Shown: piece by piece, positions 54,633 through 64,000 of the stretch
How the letters are laid out: the number at the start of each line of letters is the position of its first letter
How positions within the stretch are numbered: the stretch's first letter is position 1
From: Schlesneria sp.
Lineage (GTDB): Bacteria > Planctomycetota > Planctomycetia > Planctomycetales > Planctomycetaceae
NCBI GenBank assembly: GCA_031412755.1
Contig: JANODP010000191.1
Coordinates: forward strand, 2,454-66,453
Length of the DNA: 64,000 nt
Direction of reading: 5' to 3'
Program-made: the position numbers and the translations under genes
Notes under the pieces: generated by a model
Told to the model about the DNA's origin: nothing
Database searches by the model: none
Seen by the model: only the letters and a program-made list of their open reading frames with translations

Positions 54633-56123
54633 TCACGCCATGATGGCATCGATGACATGGCCGTGGACGTCGGTCAGGCGGCGGTCGATGCCGTTGTGGC
54701 GGAAGGTTAGTTTGGTGTGGTCGATGCCGAGCAGTTTCAGCATCGTGGCGTGGAGGTCGTAGACCTGCGTGGGATTGTCGCGGTCGAGTGGCTTGTAGCC
54801 CCATTCGTCGCTCGGGCCGTGAGTGAGCCCGCCCTTGATGCCTCCCCCCGCGAGCCAGTTTGTGAAGACGAACGGATTGTGGTCGCGGCCCTTGCCGGAT
54901 TGGGCACACGGCATCCGGCCGAACTCGGTCGTCCAGTGGACGATCGTGTCGTCGAGCATTCCGCGCTGCTTGAGGTCACGGATCAGCGCGGCGGCTCCCC
55001 GTGCCATGCCGAGCGACAGCGGGCCGTGATCGCGTTCGATGTCTTCGTGCGAGTCCCAGTTCCGCCGAGGAAAGCCGTTGTCGCAGCCCGACCAGACCTG
55101 GACGAAGCGGACTCCCCGCTCGAGCAGCCGCCGCGCGATCAGGCATTTGCGACCGAAGATGTCGGTCTCTTCGAGGTCGTTGATTTCCTTGGGGAACTCG
55201 CGACCGCCGGACAGTCCGTACATGTCGAGGATGTGCTTCGGCTCGCCCTCGATGTTCAGGGCTTCGGGTGCCGCGAGCTGCATCCGCGCGGCCAGCTCAT
55301 ACGACTTGATGCGGGCTTCGAGGCGGCTGTCTCCCGGCCGCGATTCGGCATGTCGGCGGTTGAGCTTCGTCATCAGTTGCAGTCCGGCCGCGTCACCCTC
55401 TCGCGTGACGAGGCCCTTCGTCGCGGGAAACAGATCTTCGATCGGATTGGCGGCACCCGGGCGAAGGATCGTCCCCTGATGACTCGCGGGCAGGAATGCC
55501 GAGTCCCAGTTCTTCTGTCCGTTCGAAGGGAAGCCGCGATGATCGGGTAGCACGACGAACGTCGGCAGGTTGTCGTTCAAACTGCCGAGACCATAGCTGA
55601 CCCACGCTCCCATGCCGGGAAAGCCCGGCGTTTGAAAGCCGGTGGCCTGCAGCAGTGTCGAAGTACTGTGAACGCCCGTCTTGCCGATCAGGTTGTGAAC
55701 GAAGGCGATCTCATCCACGACGTCACCCAGCGGCGCGGTGATCTCGGACAGATGCTTACCGCATTGACCGTACTGTTTCCACGACCAGGGAGCCGCGTAG
55801 GTCGCCCCGTGCCCGTTCTGAAACAGCTCGACCTTCTCACCGGGATCCCACGGCTGACCATTGCGCTTGACGAGTTCGGGCTTGTAGTCGAACAGGTCCA
55901 CGTGGCTGGCCGCTCCCGCCATGAAGAACTGCACGACGCGAGTTGCCTTCGGCGGGAAGTGCATCACGTCGAGCACGCCACCCCGCGCGGAGACGACCGT
56001 CTTGGCACCGGTCTCGGCGGCCGACGCGCCGTCGCGATTCAACATCGACGCCAGCGCCACGCCACCTAGTCCACCGCCGACTCGCCACAACAAATCACGA
56101 CGAGAAAGTTCGAAGTCGCGCAT
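54633..56123 (-). CDS. DUF1501 protein (Tat-exported)
   Basis: SRRDLL Tat motif, GAASHVDLFDYKP, LERGVRFVQV, WTTEFGR, RLTDVHG. Confidence 0.9.
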   Translation of the reverse strand: MRDFELSRRDLLWRVGGGLGGVALASMLNRDGASAAETGAKTVVSARGGVLDVMHFPPKATRVVQFFMAGAASHVDLFDYKPELVKRNGQPWDPGEKVELFQNGHGATYAAPWSWKQYGQCGKHLSEITAPLGDVVDEIAFVHNLIGKTGVHSTSTLLQATGFQTPGFPGMGAWVSYGLGSLNDNLPTFVVLPDHRGFPSNGQKNWDSAFLPASHQGTILRPGAANPIEDLFPATKGLVTREGDAAGLQLMTKLNRRHAESRPGDSRLEARIKSYELAARMQLAAPEALNIEGEPKHILDMYGLSGGREFPKEINDLEETDIFGRKCLIARRLLERGVRFVQVWSGCDNGFPRRNWDSHEDIERDHGPLSLGMARGAAALIRDLKQRGMLDDTIVHWTTEFGRMPCAQSGKGRDHNPFVFTNWLAGGGIKGGLTHGPSDEWGYKPLDRDNPTQVYDLHATMLKLLGIDHTKLTFRHNGIDRRLTDVHGHVIDAIMA

Positions 56124-56163
56124 CGTCCACTCCCTCTCGAAGTCCGGCTAAACAAAGATCGTC

Positions 56164-56253
56164 GTCTTCATCTTTCTGCCGCTCTCTTTCTGTCTCCCCA
56201 CTCTTGTCGAGTCAAAGACGTAGACAGAAAGAGAGCGGCAGAAAGATGAAGAC
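56164..56253. repeat. REP-like perfect 32-bp inverted repeat
   Basis: 56164-56195 is the exact reverse complement of 56222-56253. Confidence 0.85.
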
Positions 56254-56275
56254 TCGCGGAATCGTAGCCGAAAAC

Positions 56276-57496
56276 TCAGTTCGCCGCGCGGAAACGCCAC
56301 CAGCCGAGAGTGAAGAAAATGGTGGCGAACAGGGCCAGCATCGCACAGCAGGTCGTCACCTGCGCGGCATCCACCGTCGTCTGAGTCAGCACGCCGTCGA
56401 AGGCGCGCAGCGCCCAACCGTGCGGAGTGAACAGGCTGATCCGCTTCATCAGCGGCGGGAACATCTCGCGCGGGAAGAAACAGCCGCTGACGCTGCTCAG
56501 GACCAGAATCAAAGTTGTCCCGTAGGACGAGACCTGCTGGTCCGTGTGAACCACCGTCGCCAGCAGCAGTCCCAGCGAAGTCGCCGCCAGCGACGTGGAG
56601 AGGGTGACCGGAACGAGGTAGATCGGCTCCGGACCCCACGACATCCCGAACAGTAATCGCCCGCAGAGGAACAGCAACGAACACTGCACAACGGACGTGA
56701 GCAGGAACGGAGCCGTCTTACCGATCAGCACCGAGGCTGTCCCGATGGGGGCGAGCAGCAGTCGCTTGAGCGTGCCGTTGTCCCGCTCGGCAATGAACGA
56801 ACGGGCCATCACGCTGATCAGGAAGAACGCGAACATGACCGTGAACCCCGGCACGATCCACAGATAGGCGGCACCCGTTCGCGGCTTGCTTTCGGGAGCA
56901 GAGTCTTTGGACCCGGCGGCATCCGCGGTGGGGTTGGACTCGTCGTTCGAGCGGTCTCGCAGCCACGTTCGAGCGACCGCGTTCTTGCGGGCGGCAACCG
57001 GGGCCACCACTTTGATAGCCTGCGAAAAAATGATCCCCTCCAGCAACCGACCCAGTCCCATCGACGCGGGGCGACTCTCCAGAGACAGGTCGAGCGAAGC
57101 CGGACCCTCCGCGAGCGGACCGTTGTCCGAGTTCAGGACATCCGAGATGCGCAACTCCTCCGCTCGCTCCTCGAACTGAGGGCCCACCGTCAGCAGGATG
57201 GACGCCTCGCCCCGTTTGAGCGACTGTCTCGCCGCATCAATCGTAGGCAGCCTGGTCACCAGCAACTCGCGGTGTTGCTCCAGCACACCGAGCAGCCGTC
57301 GCGATAGTTCGCTCTCATCCTGATCCACAACGGCGATCTTGAATCGCTGGTTGTTCTCATCGCGCGTGAGAAACTGGCCGGTCGACATGCCGACGATGGA
57401 AATAAACAGCAGCGGCAGGACCAACAGCAACACCACGGCCCGCTTGTCCTTGACGAGCAGCAACAGGTCTTTGCGAGTGATGTACCAGGCGGTCAT
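56276..57496 (-). CDS. ABC-2 type permease
   Basis: KDLLLLVKD, IVPGFTVMFAFF, ERDNGTLKRLL, FTPHGWA; start ATG 57496. Confidence 0.9.
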   Translation of the reverse strand: MTAWYITRKDLLLLVKDKRAVVLLLVLPLLFISIVGMSTGQFLTRDENNQRFKIAVVDQDESELSRRLLGVLEQHRELLVTRLPTIDAARQSLKRGEASILLTVGPQFEERAEELRISDVLNSDNGPLAEGPASLDLSLESRPASMGLGRLLEGIIFSQAIKVVAPVAARKNAVARTWLRDRSNDESNPTADAAGSKDSAPESKPRTGAAYLWIVPGFTVMFAFFLISVMARSFIAERDNGTLKRLLLAPIGTASVLIGKTAPFLLTSVVQCSLLFLCGRLLFGMSWGPEPIYLVPVTLSTSLAATSLGLLLATVVHTDQQVSSYGTTLILVLSSVSGCFFPREMFPPLMKRISLFTPHGWALRAFDGVLTQTTVDAAQVTTCCAMLALFATIFFTLGWWRFRAAN

Positions 57497-57546
57497 GGTG
57501 TGGTGGCTTTGTTGGCAGTCAGGTTTGTTGGTGCGGTTTCGTGCAG

Positions 57547-57690
57547 CGGGGGGTGAGGACAAGGGGACAAGGGGACAAGGAGAGGGGGAGACAAGGGGAG
57601 GGAGTGTTGGTTCATTGAGTGTTGGTATGCCGATGTCGGCCTTTTCTCCTTGTCTCCCCCTCCTCTTGTCCCGCCATCCCTCAGTCCCTC
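57547..57690. repeat. Purine/pyrimidine-skewed imperfect inverted repeat (REP-like)
   Basis: GGGGACAA/GGAGACAAGG units followed by CCTTGTCTCCCC/CTTGTCCC units. Confidence 0.6.
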
Positions 57691-58613
57691 AACCGGCTTC
57701 CCGTCAGTTCCAGGAAGAGCCGTTCGAGATTGGTTTGCTGCGTCTCGACGCGCACCACGTGAACACCGGCACGCTTGACCTTGTCGAGCACCGTCCGCAG
57801 CCGTTCCCCGATGTCGGGCTGGTCGCCCGGCAGGATGAGTGCCGGCTGCCCGTCGCTCCCCGTGCCGCTGCGAGCCAAACCGTCCAGCAAGGAGGCGGTT
57901 TGCGTGACATCGTCCACGTACAAGATCAGGTCGGCGGCCAGACCCGTCAGCAGTTTCGAGATCGTGTCGTACGCGAGGACCTTCCCCCGATCGATGATGG
58001 CGACGCGCTGGCAGATCGACTGGACTTCCTCCATGTAATGGCTGGCGTAGATGACACCGACGCCGCTGACCGCCTGATCGCGCACGCAGTCGAGCAGGTG
58101 CGAGCGGGACTGCGGATCAACGCCGACGGTTGGCTCGTCGAGGATCAGCACCGACGGACGATGCATCAACGCGACACCAAAATTCAGTCGCCGCTTCATC
58201 CCGCCCGAATAGCCTGCCACGGCGCGGCGCGCGCTGTCAGTGAGTCCGATCCGTTCGAGCACTTCGTCGCACCGTGTCTTCAACGCATGGCTGTGCAGCC
58301 CGTACAACCGCCCGAAAAACTGCAGGTTCTCGACCGCGTTGAGGTCGGGGTAGATCGCGAAGTCCTGCGGGACAACTCCCAGCCGGCGCCGCTGATCGCG
58401 ATGGCGACCATCGAAGTGTGAGCCACCGAGGATCACCTCACCCTCATCAGGGGCGAGCAACCCGGCCAGCATCATCATCGTGGTGCTCTTGCCCGCGCCG
58501 TTGGGACCGAGCAGCCCGAGGACTTCGCCCGGTTCGAGCGACAGGCTGACATCGACCACGGCCGGATTGGCCCCGTAGCTCTTCTTCAAACGGCGGGCTT
58601 CCAGCAGGCTCAT
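57681..58613 (-). CDS. ABC transporter ATP-binding protein
   Basis: GPNGAGKST, YSGGMKRRL, ILDEPTVGVD. Confidence 0.95.
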   Translation of the reverse strand: MSLLEARRLKKSYGANPAVVDVSLSLEPGEVLGLLGPNGAGKSTTMMMLAGLLAPDEGEVILGGSHFDGRHRDQRRRLGVVPQDFAIYPDLNAVENLQFFGRLYGLHSHALKTRCDEVLERIGLTDSARRAVAGYSGGMKRRLNFGVALMHRPSVLILDEPTVGVDPQSRSHLLDCVRDQAVSGVGVIYASHYMEEVQSICQRVAIIDRGKVLAYDTISKLLTGLAADLILYVDDVTQTASLLDGLARSGTGSDGQPALILPGDQPDIGERLRTVLDKVKRAGVHVVRVETQQTNLERLFLELTGSRLRD

Positions 58614-58635
58614 CGACGGACCCGTCCCTGGGCAA

Positions 58636-59382
58636 TCACCAGCCGAGCAAAGTGACGTGCATGCACAAACCGGTCAACGCGGCGGTCGTTCCGACGCGCA
58701 GGTTGTCGTGCGAGCGAATCGGCAACGATTCGACGATGGCGGCCATCACGGCGGCCACACCCGCGATCGACAGGGCCACTCCGAGCGACACGCCGGGGCG
58801 AGCCTCCATCCAGTAGTAGAGCGTGGACATGATCGTGGCCACCACCACGAAGCTGATGAGGCCGGTCCACGACTTACAATGATTCCAAGGCAGACGGCGG
58901 CGTCCCCACGCGAGACCTCCCAGCGCGGCCGAGCCGTCTCCCAGCGCCAGGATTCCCAGCGTCATTAATCCCAACTCCGAGCGGCCCGGCAGCAGAAACA
59001 ACATCCCCAACACCGGCACGACGTAACCGGCGAGAGCCCTCGCCCATTCCTGTTCACCCTGACGAGCAAACGCCCGTGCACGCAGCACGGCGTAGGTGAT
59101 GACACTGACCGAGATCACGATCGTGATGTTGATCAGCAGCGGCCCCCACGGATCCTGGTGAGGGATGACCCACAGCAGACACGGCAGCAGACCGGGCAGC
59201 ATGTGCAGCAAACGCCGACGAAACTCGACGACGCCCAGTCGCGTGGCCAGGAACCTGACGCCGGGAACGAGCAGCAGCCACCTCGGCAGCGCGTCGGTGT
59301 GTGGTCTGAGAATCGTACCGGGCGTGGCAGCGGACAGACGGTGATTCAGCAGCCGTTCACTCGGGACAGGTATGCGACTCAT
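58636..59382 (-). CDS. Polyprenol/phytol kinase-like membrane protein
   Basis: RRRLLH, GDGSAAL.G, KSWTG, ESLP…DNL; start ATG 59382. Confidence 0.75.
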   Translation of the reverse strand: MSRIPVPSERLLNHRLSAATPGTILRPHTDALPRWLLLVPGVRFLATRLGVVEFRRRLLHMLPGLLPCLLWVIPHQDPWGPLLINITIVISVSVITYAVLRARAFARQGEQEWARALAGYVVPVLGMLFLLPGRSELGLMTLGILALGDGSAALGGLAWGRRRLPWNHCKSWTGLISFVVVATIMSTLYYWMEARPGVSLGVALSIAGVAAVMAAIVESLPIRSHDNLRVGTTAALTGLCMHVTLLGW

Positions 59383-59692
59383 GGGACGGGCCTCCGTCAA
59401 GAATGAGCGGACACGGAACTTCGCGGTGACAACGCGGTTCACCGCGGCAGCCCCACCACGAACAACATCCGTGCCATGAATCGTTGCGACAACCCTCCTG
59501 ATGCGTGCCGGCATGAACTCCGTAAAGTGTCTTCCATGATTGATCGGCGGGCAACCCGGGAGAGTTGCGAGCGACCATCGACTGCGCTGCAATCGTGCGA
59601 TGAGCGCCCCGTTACGCAAGCGGCAGGTCATGCCGATCGGACACAGTCGCTATGACCGCTGTTGTCGCAAGGTTCGTTCCGCAACTTGTCCA

Positions 59693-60244
59693 TTACCGTC
59701 GGGAAATTCGCGTTGAGGTCGCAGCAGTCCCACGAGACGGCCTGCGCATCGCAGACTTCGCGACCGGCCGACCTCGCTTGGTACGAACTCGCAACGATGC
59801 GATTTTCGGGGCTTTGACCTTCAGCGTCGCACCGGCTTTGACGGGAGCATCGATTCGTCGCAGCACGGCCATCAATCGGACGATGTCTCCGCGGGCGATG
59901 AGACCGACCAACCGGCCGGCGCTCACGACGGGGAATTGGCCGAATCGGGCGTCGCGAAACAGTCGAGCCACCTCCGCCGCATCGGACTCCGGTTTGAAAA
60001 CGGGGACCCCGCGCGACATCAATTGTTCCACCGTGGCCTCGTGCGCCTCACCGCTGAGCTGCGTCTTGATCACCTCATAGTCGGGCAGCACCCCCAGCAG
60101 GCGACCGAGTTTGTCGGTCACATACAGTTCGGTGGCCTCATGACGATCGAGGAGGATCAGGGCCTCGTCGGCCGAACACTCGGGAGAGACCCGGACCAGA
60201 CACGGGGACATCAAATCGCCAACGGTCATTCGCATGACTGCCAC
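59693..60244 (-). CDS. CBS-domain protein
   Basis: TVGDLMS…, TVEQLMS…, FPVV..GRLVGLIARGDI. Confidence 0.88.
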   Translation of the reverse strand: MAVMRMTVGDLMSPCLVRVSPECSADEALILLDRHEATELYVTDKLGRLLGVLPDYEVIKTQLSGEAHEATVEQLMSRGVPVFKPESDAAEVARLFRDARFGQFPVVSAGRLVGLIARGDIVRLMAVLRRIDAPVKAGATLKVKAPKIASLRVRTKRGRPVAKSAMRRPSRGTAATSTRISRR

Positions 60245-60363
60245 TCCTTGGGCTGGGGGGAACGATTACGACGAGGGATCGTCGCAGACCACTTCACCCA
60301 CAACCTAGGTTGTGTTTTGGCAACGTGAGGCAAAAAAGCCTCAACTTCTTCGCAGATTTCCCG

Positions 60364-61527
60364 TCAGGCATTCGCGATCAGGATCGCCGGGACATCCACA
60401 TTCGATCCCTTCACGCTAATCGGCACAACCGGCCAGTCGGCTGACGTGGTGAGCACCTCGGTCCCGCGAGTCGTCACCAGCACGGTGTCTCCCATCAGCA
60501 CCGGCCCGACCGACGGATGCCAATAGACGGGAGTTCCCGCCGACAAACGGAACTCACTCGTCGGCATGATGGGAACGGCTCCAAACTCGTATTCGACGAC
60601 ATCCGCCTGATCGGACAGGCGCCACTCGGCGGCCGCGCCCGACTTCTCATAGAGCCGATGGACGCGGTTCCAAACCTCAAACAATTCCCAATCGGGCTGA
60701 GAGAAATAGACGCCGGTGGCCGAGACCAGCGCGGCCGGCTCGAACGCCTTCAACAGGTCGGCGGGAGCATCGCCCAAACAGACGGTCCGGGCTGCACCGA
60801 CAAACAACCCGCGATACCGCGCCACTGCCGAGATCGTGCAATAACGCTGGACCGGCGACTCATCGTATGTCCACCGGCGAAAGCGGCGGCCGCGCCCGTC
60901 GGCCAGAACCTGCAGCCGCTCGGGCTGCAAGCCGTGTTTGATCAGCCGATGCGACAGCTCTCCCGCGATCTCCGCTTCGCTGCGACCCCGCGTCAATCCG
61001 CGCGCCGTCGCTTCCACCGCGCGAGTCAGCAGTTTGCCGGCCTCGCGCATCCGTCCGACATCGAAGTCACTCAGCGGCAAACGCAGGCCGAGCAGCCGCA
61101 GGCTGACGTCGGTCGCGCCGTTGAACGGGGAATCGCTCGCCACCCGGCGGCCCCGACACAGGTCGGCCAGCATCACCGCACGCGGCTCGAACCACGGACG
61201 CTCCTTCAGTTGGAAGCCCATGCTGCCGACTTCGCATTCAAAAAACTGAGCCGTGTCGGCGTTGCTGCACACGATCACGCGGGCATCCGGAGTGACAAAC
61301 AGCGCGCCGGTCGAACCGGTGGAACCGCCCCGTTCGTTGCAACCGCCCGCCGTCAACCACGCGAAGTTCGATGGTTGCTGCACGAGCAGTGCGGCATACC
61401 CTTCCTGTCGCAGAAACTCGGCGATCCGTTGATGCCGGCTCGCGATTTCACCGAGTCGTTCGGTATCAACGGCGGCGAACTCGGCGGAGTCGAGTGGATC
61501 GGACAAATCGACCATCATGGTGCTCAT
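60364..61527 (-). CDS. M24 peptidase-fold protein, metal ligands apparently lost
   Basis: Creatinase-like N-domain (NFAWLTAGG), pita-bread fold pattern; start ATG 61527. Confidence 0.75.
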   Translation of the reverse strand: MSTMMVDLSDPLDSAEFAAVDTERLGEIASRHQRIAEFLRQEGYAALLVQQPSNFAWLTAGGCNERGGSTGSTGALFVTPDARVIVCSNADTAQFFECEVGSMGFQLKERPWFEPRAVMLADLCRGRRVASDSPFNGATDVSLRLLGLRLPLSDFDVGRMREAGKLLTRAVEATARGLTRGRSEAEIAGELSHRLIKHGLQPERLQVLADGRGRRFRRWTYDESPVQRYCTISAVARYRGLFVGAARTVCLGDAPADLLKAFEPAALVSATGVYFSQPDWELFEVWNRVHRLYEKSGAAAEWRLSDQADVVEYEFGAVPIMPTSEFRLSAGTPVYWHPSVGPVLMGDTVLVTTRGTEVLTTSADWPVVPISVKGSNVDVPAILIANA

Positions 61528-61836
61528 GTCGTTTCTCGTGGGTTCGACCGAAGGGAAGGGTCGCATCGCCGCGGTGGGGCGAGGACGAGCACGTCGGCAA
61601 GAACTTGCCGGGACTCGACCGTCGCGTCTCATTCGCCGCGTCGAGCCACTCGTCCCCGGCAAGCATACCATATTGGCAGAGTGCCTCCAGAATGCGGCGA
61701 TCCGCCCACCCCACTTTCTGAAGACATTTGCGAACCGCGTGCCGCCCTTCTCGGCGTGAGAGGAAATTCCAGGCCGGACCAAATTGTGTGGCGCGCCCTG
61801 ATTTCTGAAGTGGCTTCACCCGGATTATTCATGGTG

Positions 61837-61906
61837 CTGTAGCTGAGTTCGCAAGAACTCAGCGGTGAAGGTGAGGTCGGCTGAGTTCTTGCGAACTCAG
61901 CTACAG
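61837..61906. repeat. REP-like 27-bp inverted repeat, each arm itself a hairpin
   Basis: CTGTAGCTGAGTTCGCAAGAACTCAGC (61837-61863) and its reverse complement (61880-61906). Confidence 0.85.
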
Positions 61907-61912
61907 ACAGGA

Positions 61913-63214
61913 TCATTTCTGGCCCAGGCAGTACAGAAACTCCTTGCGGTTGCCTCGGTCACCGGTGGCCGTGCGGATGAAGATCTGGTTGCCGACGACG
62001 GCCGGGCTGGGAAAGGCTTCGTCACCCAGTTGGTTCTCGGCGACGGGGTCGAACTTCTCGGGATTCGGTTTGAAGACGTAGCACGTCCCATCTTCGGTCG
62101 CCTGGTAGATGTTTCCGCCGGCGAGGACCGGTGACGAACTGACCAGACCCTTCAGCCGATGCATCCACATCTCCTTGCCGTCGCTGCCCCGCCAGCAGAA
62201 CAGGATGCCTTTGCCGGTGAGGGCATACAGATAACCGTCGTGAGCCAGCATCGACTCCTCGTAGCACTTCTGATTGTTTCGCCACAGCACTGTGCCGCTG
62301 CCGTCCGCTTTGACGGCCAGCGTTTCGGATTGGGGAAATCCGCCGCTGGCGAAGACGATGTCGCCGTCCCAGACCATCGTGCCACAGGTGGCCGCCGCAG
62401 TGCCGGGAGTTGTCCACAACTGCTTTCCGTTGGAGGGATCGTAACTGGCAACCTGGCTCTGTCCGCTGATGAGCAACTGATCCTTCCCCGCCACGTGTGC
62501 CACGACGGGCGTCGAGAAACTGATGCTGCTTTGACGTTTCGTGCGCCAGACCTGCTTGCCGGTCTGACTGTTCAGCGCCGTGATGGCGCTGTCGCCGTCG
62601 TACTCGGCCGAGATGATCACCGTCCCACGATAGAGCGTGGGTGACGGTGCGTAGCCGTACTCAAACATGCGCGGATTGAACGGACCGACCGTTTCTTGCC
62701 AGAGTTTCTTGCCATTCAGATCGAGCGCCGTGGCCTGAATCGTCTCGTGATGAAAGAAGCTGGCGAACAACCGCTCGCCGTCGCAGGCCAGGGTCGGTGT
62801 CGCCTCAGTATTCTTGTTATGGTTCTTGCGCGCGAAGCCTCCCGTGCTGACGTCCGTCTTCCAGAGTTGCTTCCCCGTTTTGCGATCGAAGGCGACGACC
62901 GACTGCACCTTCTTCGCTTCGTCCGCCGTTTCGAGAAACACCTTGTCGCCCACCACAATTGGCGACGAGTGGCCTCGCCCCGGCACCGGCGTTTTCCAGA
63001 CCACGTTTTGCGTGTTGCTCCATTTCGTCGGGGGAGTCGCCGTGCTCGCCGCAATGCCGTTGCGAGACGGCCCGCGCCACCACGGCCAATCCCGCTCGAC
63101 CGACAGCTTCGGAAAGTCGGCGATGCCCCGATCCTGGGCATCGAGGTGTGAGACCGCACCGAGTGTCAGGCCACTCAGCAGAAACAGGCAAAGGCAGAAT
63201 CTTGAAACGCGCAT
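61913..63214 (-). CDS. Secreted PQQ-binding-like beta-propeller protein
   Basis: DWPWWRGPSRNG, WKTPVPGRGHSSPIV, repeated G...W motifs; start ATG 63214. Confidence 0.9.
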   Translation of the reverse strand: MRVSRFCLCLFLLSGLTLGAVSHLDAQDRGIADFPKLSVERDWPWWRGPSRNGIAASTATPPTKWSNTQNVVWKTPVPGRGHSSPIVVGDKVFLETADEAKKVQSVVAFDRKTGKQLWKTDVSTGGFARKNHNKNTEATPTLACDGERLFASFFHHETIQATALDLNGKKLWQETVGPFNPRMFEYGYAPSPTLYRGTVIISAEYDGDSAITALNSQTGKQVWRTKRQSSISFSTPVVAHVAGKDQLLISGQSQVASYDPSNGKQLWTTPGTAAATCGTMVWDGDIVFASGGFPQSETLAVKADGSGTVLWRNNQKCYEESMLAHDGYLYALTGKGILFCWRGSDGKEMWMHRLKGLVSSSPVLAGGNIYQATEDGTCYVFKPNPEKFDPVAENQLGDEAFPSPAVVGNQIFIRTATGDRGNRKEFLYCLGQK

Positions 63215-63275
63215 GTCTTCATTCCTTGCAGCACAGAGTTGGTGGTGGTGAGTGGGACAGTGCCCCGCATGCATT

Positions 63276-63337
63276 GAAGCCTGACGCGCAAGCGAAGGTT
63301 CGGCATCGCGTACATCTTCGCTTGCGCGTCAGGCTTC
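63276..63337. repeat. REP-like 22-bp inverted repeat
   Basis: GAAGCCTGACGCGCAAGCGAAG (63276-63297) / reverse complement (63316-63337). Confidence 0.85.
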
Positions 63338-63356
63338 GATTGGTAAACCGTTTGCC

Positions 63357-64000
63357 TTACAGCCCGGGTTTCGCCGGTTTGATCGGAGCCTGCCAGCCAT
63401 TGGCTCCCTTGACCTTGACCTTGCGGCTGTAGACCCGATCGCCGCACGTGGCATAGACCGTATCAAAATTTTCGCCGCCGAAGGTCAGGTTGGAAACCTT
63501 GCCGTTCGGCGTCGGGATGATGCAGTTGACTCGTCCCGGCTGATCGCAGACTTGCAGTCCGATGCGCGTGGCCACCCAGACGCGACCATCTCGATCGGTG
63601 CGAACGCCGTCGGCTCCGCTGTCGTCCGCCGTGTCGGCCAGATGCAGATGAAAATATTTTTGTTTGTGAGCCAGCGAACCGTCCGGCTGAATCACGTAGC
63701 TGTAGACCCAGTGCGTCCGGCTGTCGGCGACGTACAGCAACGACTGGTCGGGCGAGCAGCACAGGCCGTTGGCGAACTTCAATCCCGCATCAACGATCTT
63801 CTTCTCACCCTTCGGCGAGACATACCAGACCTTGCTGTCGTTTGGTGTCGCGAAAGGAGCCGTCGCGTACAGGCTGCCATCGTGGCGCACGACGAGGTCG
63901 TTCCCTTTGAATCCGTCGGCGAAGACGGTCGATTTTCCGTCGGCATCCCACGCGAGCACCTGCTCGACCGCTCCGGCATTCGCATAGAGGCGGCCGTCGG
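63357..64000 (-). CDS. SMP-30/gluconolactonase-family protein, 5' end outside the window
   Basis: FANGLCCSPDQSLLYVADS, GADGVRTDRDGRVWVAT, SNLTFGG. Confidence 0.88.
   Translation of the reverse strand, partial: DGRLYANAGAVEQVLAWDADGKSTVFADGFKGNDLVVRHDGSLYATAPFATPNDSKVWYVSPKGEKKIVDAGLKFANGLCCSPDQSLLYVADSRTHWVYSYVIQPDGSLAHKQKYFHLHLADTADDSGADGVRTDRDGRVWVATRIGLQVCDQPGRVNCIIPTPNGKVSNLTFGGENFDTVYATCGDRVYSRKVKVKGANGWQAPIKPAKPGL

Noticed and set aside
54633-56123. DUF1501 as part of a novel system with the neighbouring ABC exporter
   Set aside because: DUF1501 genes are highly multicopy in planctomycetes and a long palindrome separates the genes; nothing in the sequence links them functionally
57547-57600. 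Functional G-quadruplex
   Set aside because: The G-runs are matched by complementary C-runs downstream, better explained as a REP-like hairpin
1-64000. CRISPR array, cas genes or rRNA
   Set aside because: No regularly spaced repeat-spacer series or recognisable cas/rRNA sequence seen; the repeats found are paired att, iteron-like or palindromic elements

Overview
High-GC bacterial chromosome segment, most likely a planctomycete (inferred from DUF1501, NHL-repeat, PQQ-propeller and CBS genes and intergenic REP-like palindromes in the flanks). It is dominated by a ~44.6 kb integrative element inserted in tRNA-Leu(CAG) at 3196-3279 and bounded by a 110-bp direct repeat (3225-3334 / 47813-47922, one mismatch). 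The element backbone carries a tyrosine integrase, excisionase-like HTH proteins, two separate Replic_Relax-like relaxase + VirD4/VirB4-like ATPase modules, a DNA primase, a plasmid-type Rep candidate with iteron-like repeats, three related small ssDNA-binding-like proteins, two orphan DNA methyltransferases, a VapBC-type TA pair and a three-gene Lamassu (ABC-3C) defence system. Its cargo (~30.9-46.8 kb, visibly more AT-rich) is the most unusual part: the enediyne warhead-cassette genes unbL/E3, unbV/E4, unbU/E5 and an E10-type thioesterase (here a tandem didomain) occur in canonical order, but the enediyne PKS (pksE) is absent from the whole element. Facing them is a fatty-acid module: alpha/beta hydrolase, FAAL-like ligase, JamB-like desaturase, ACP, cyclopropane-synthase-type methyltransferase, then (past an IS and a decayed interval) a FabF-like KS and a second ACP. 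Right of attR lie a Shango-like defence triad and ordinary housekeeping genes. All family calls are from motif recognition by eye; no database search was run, so novelty is unverified.
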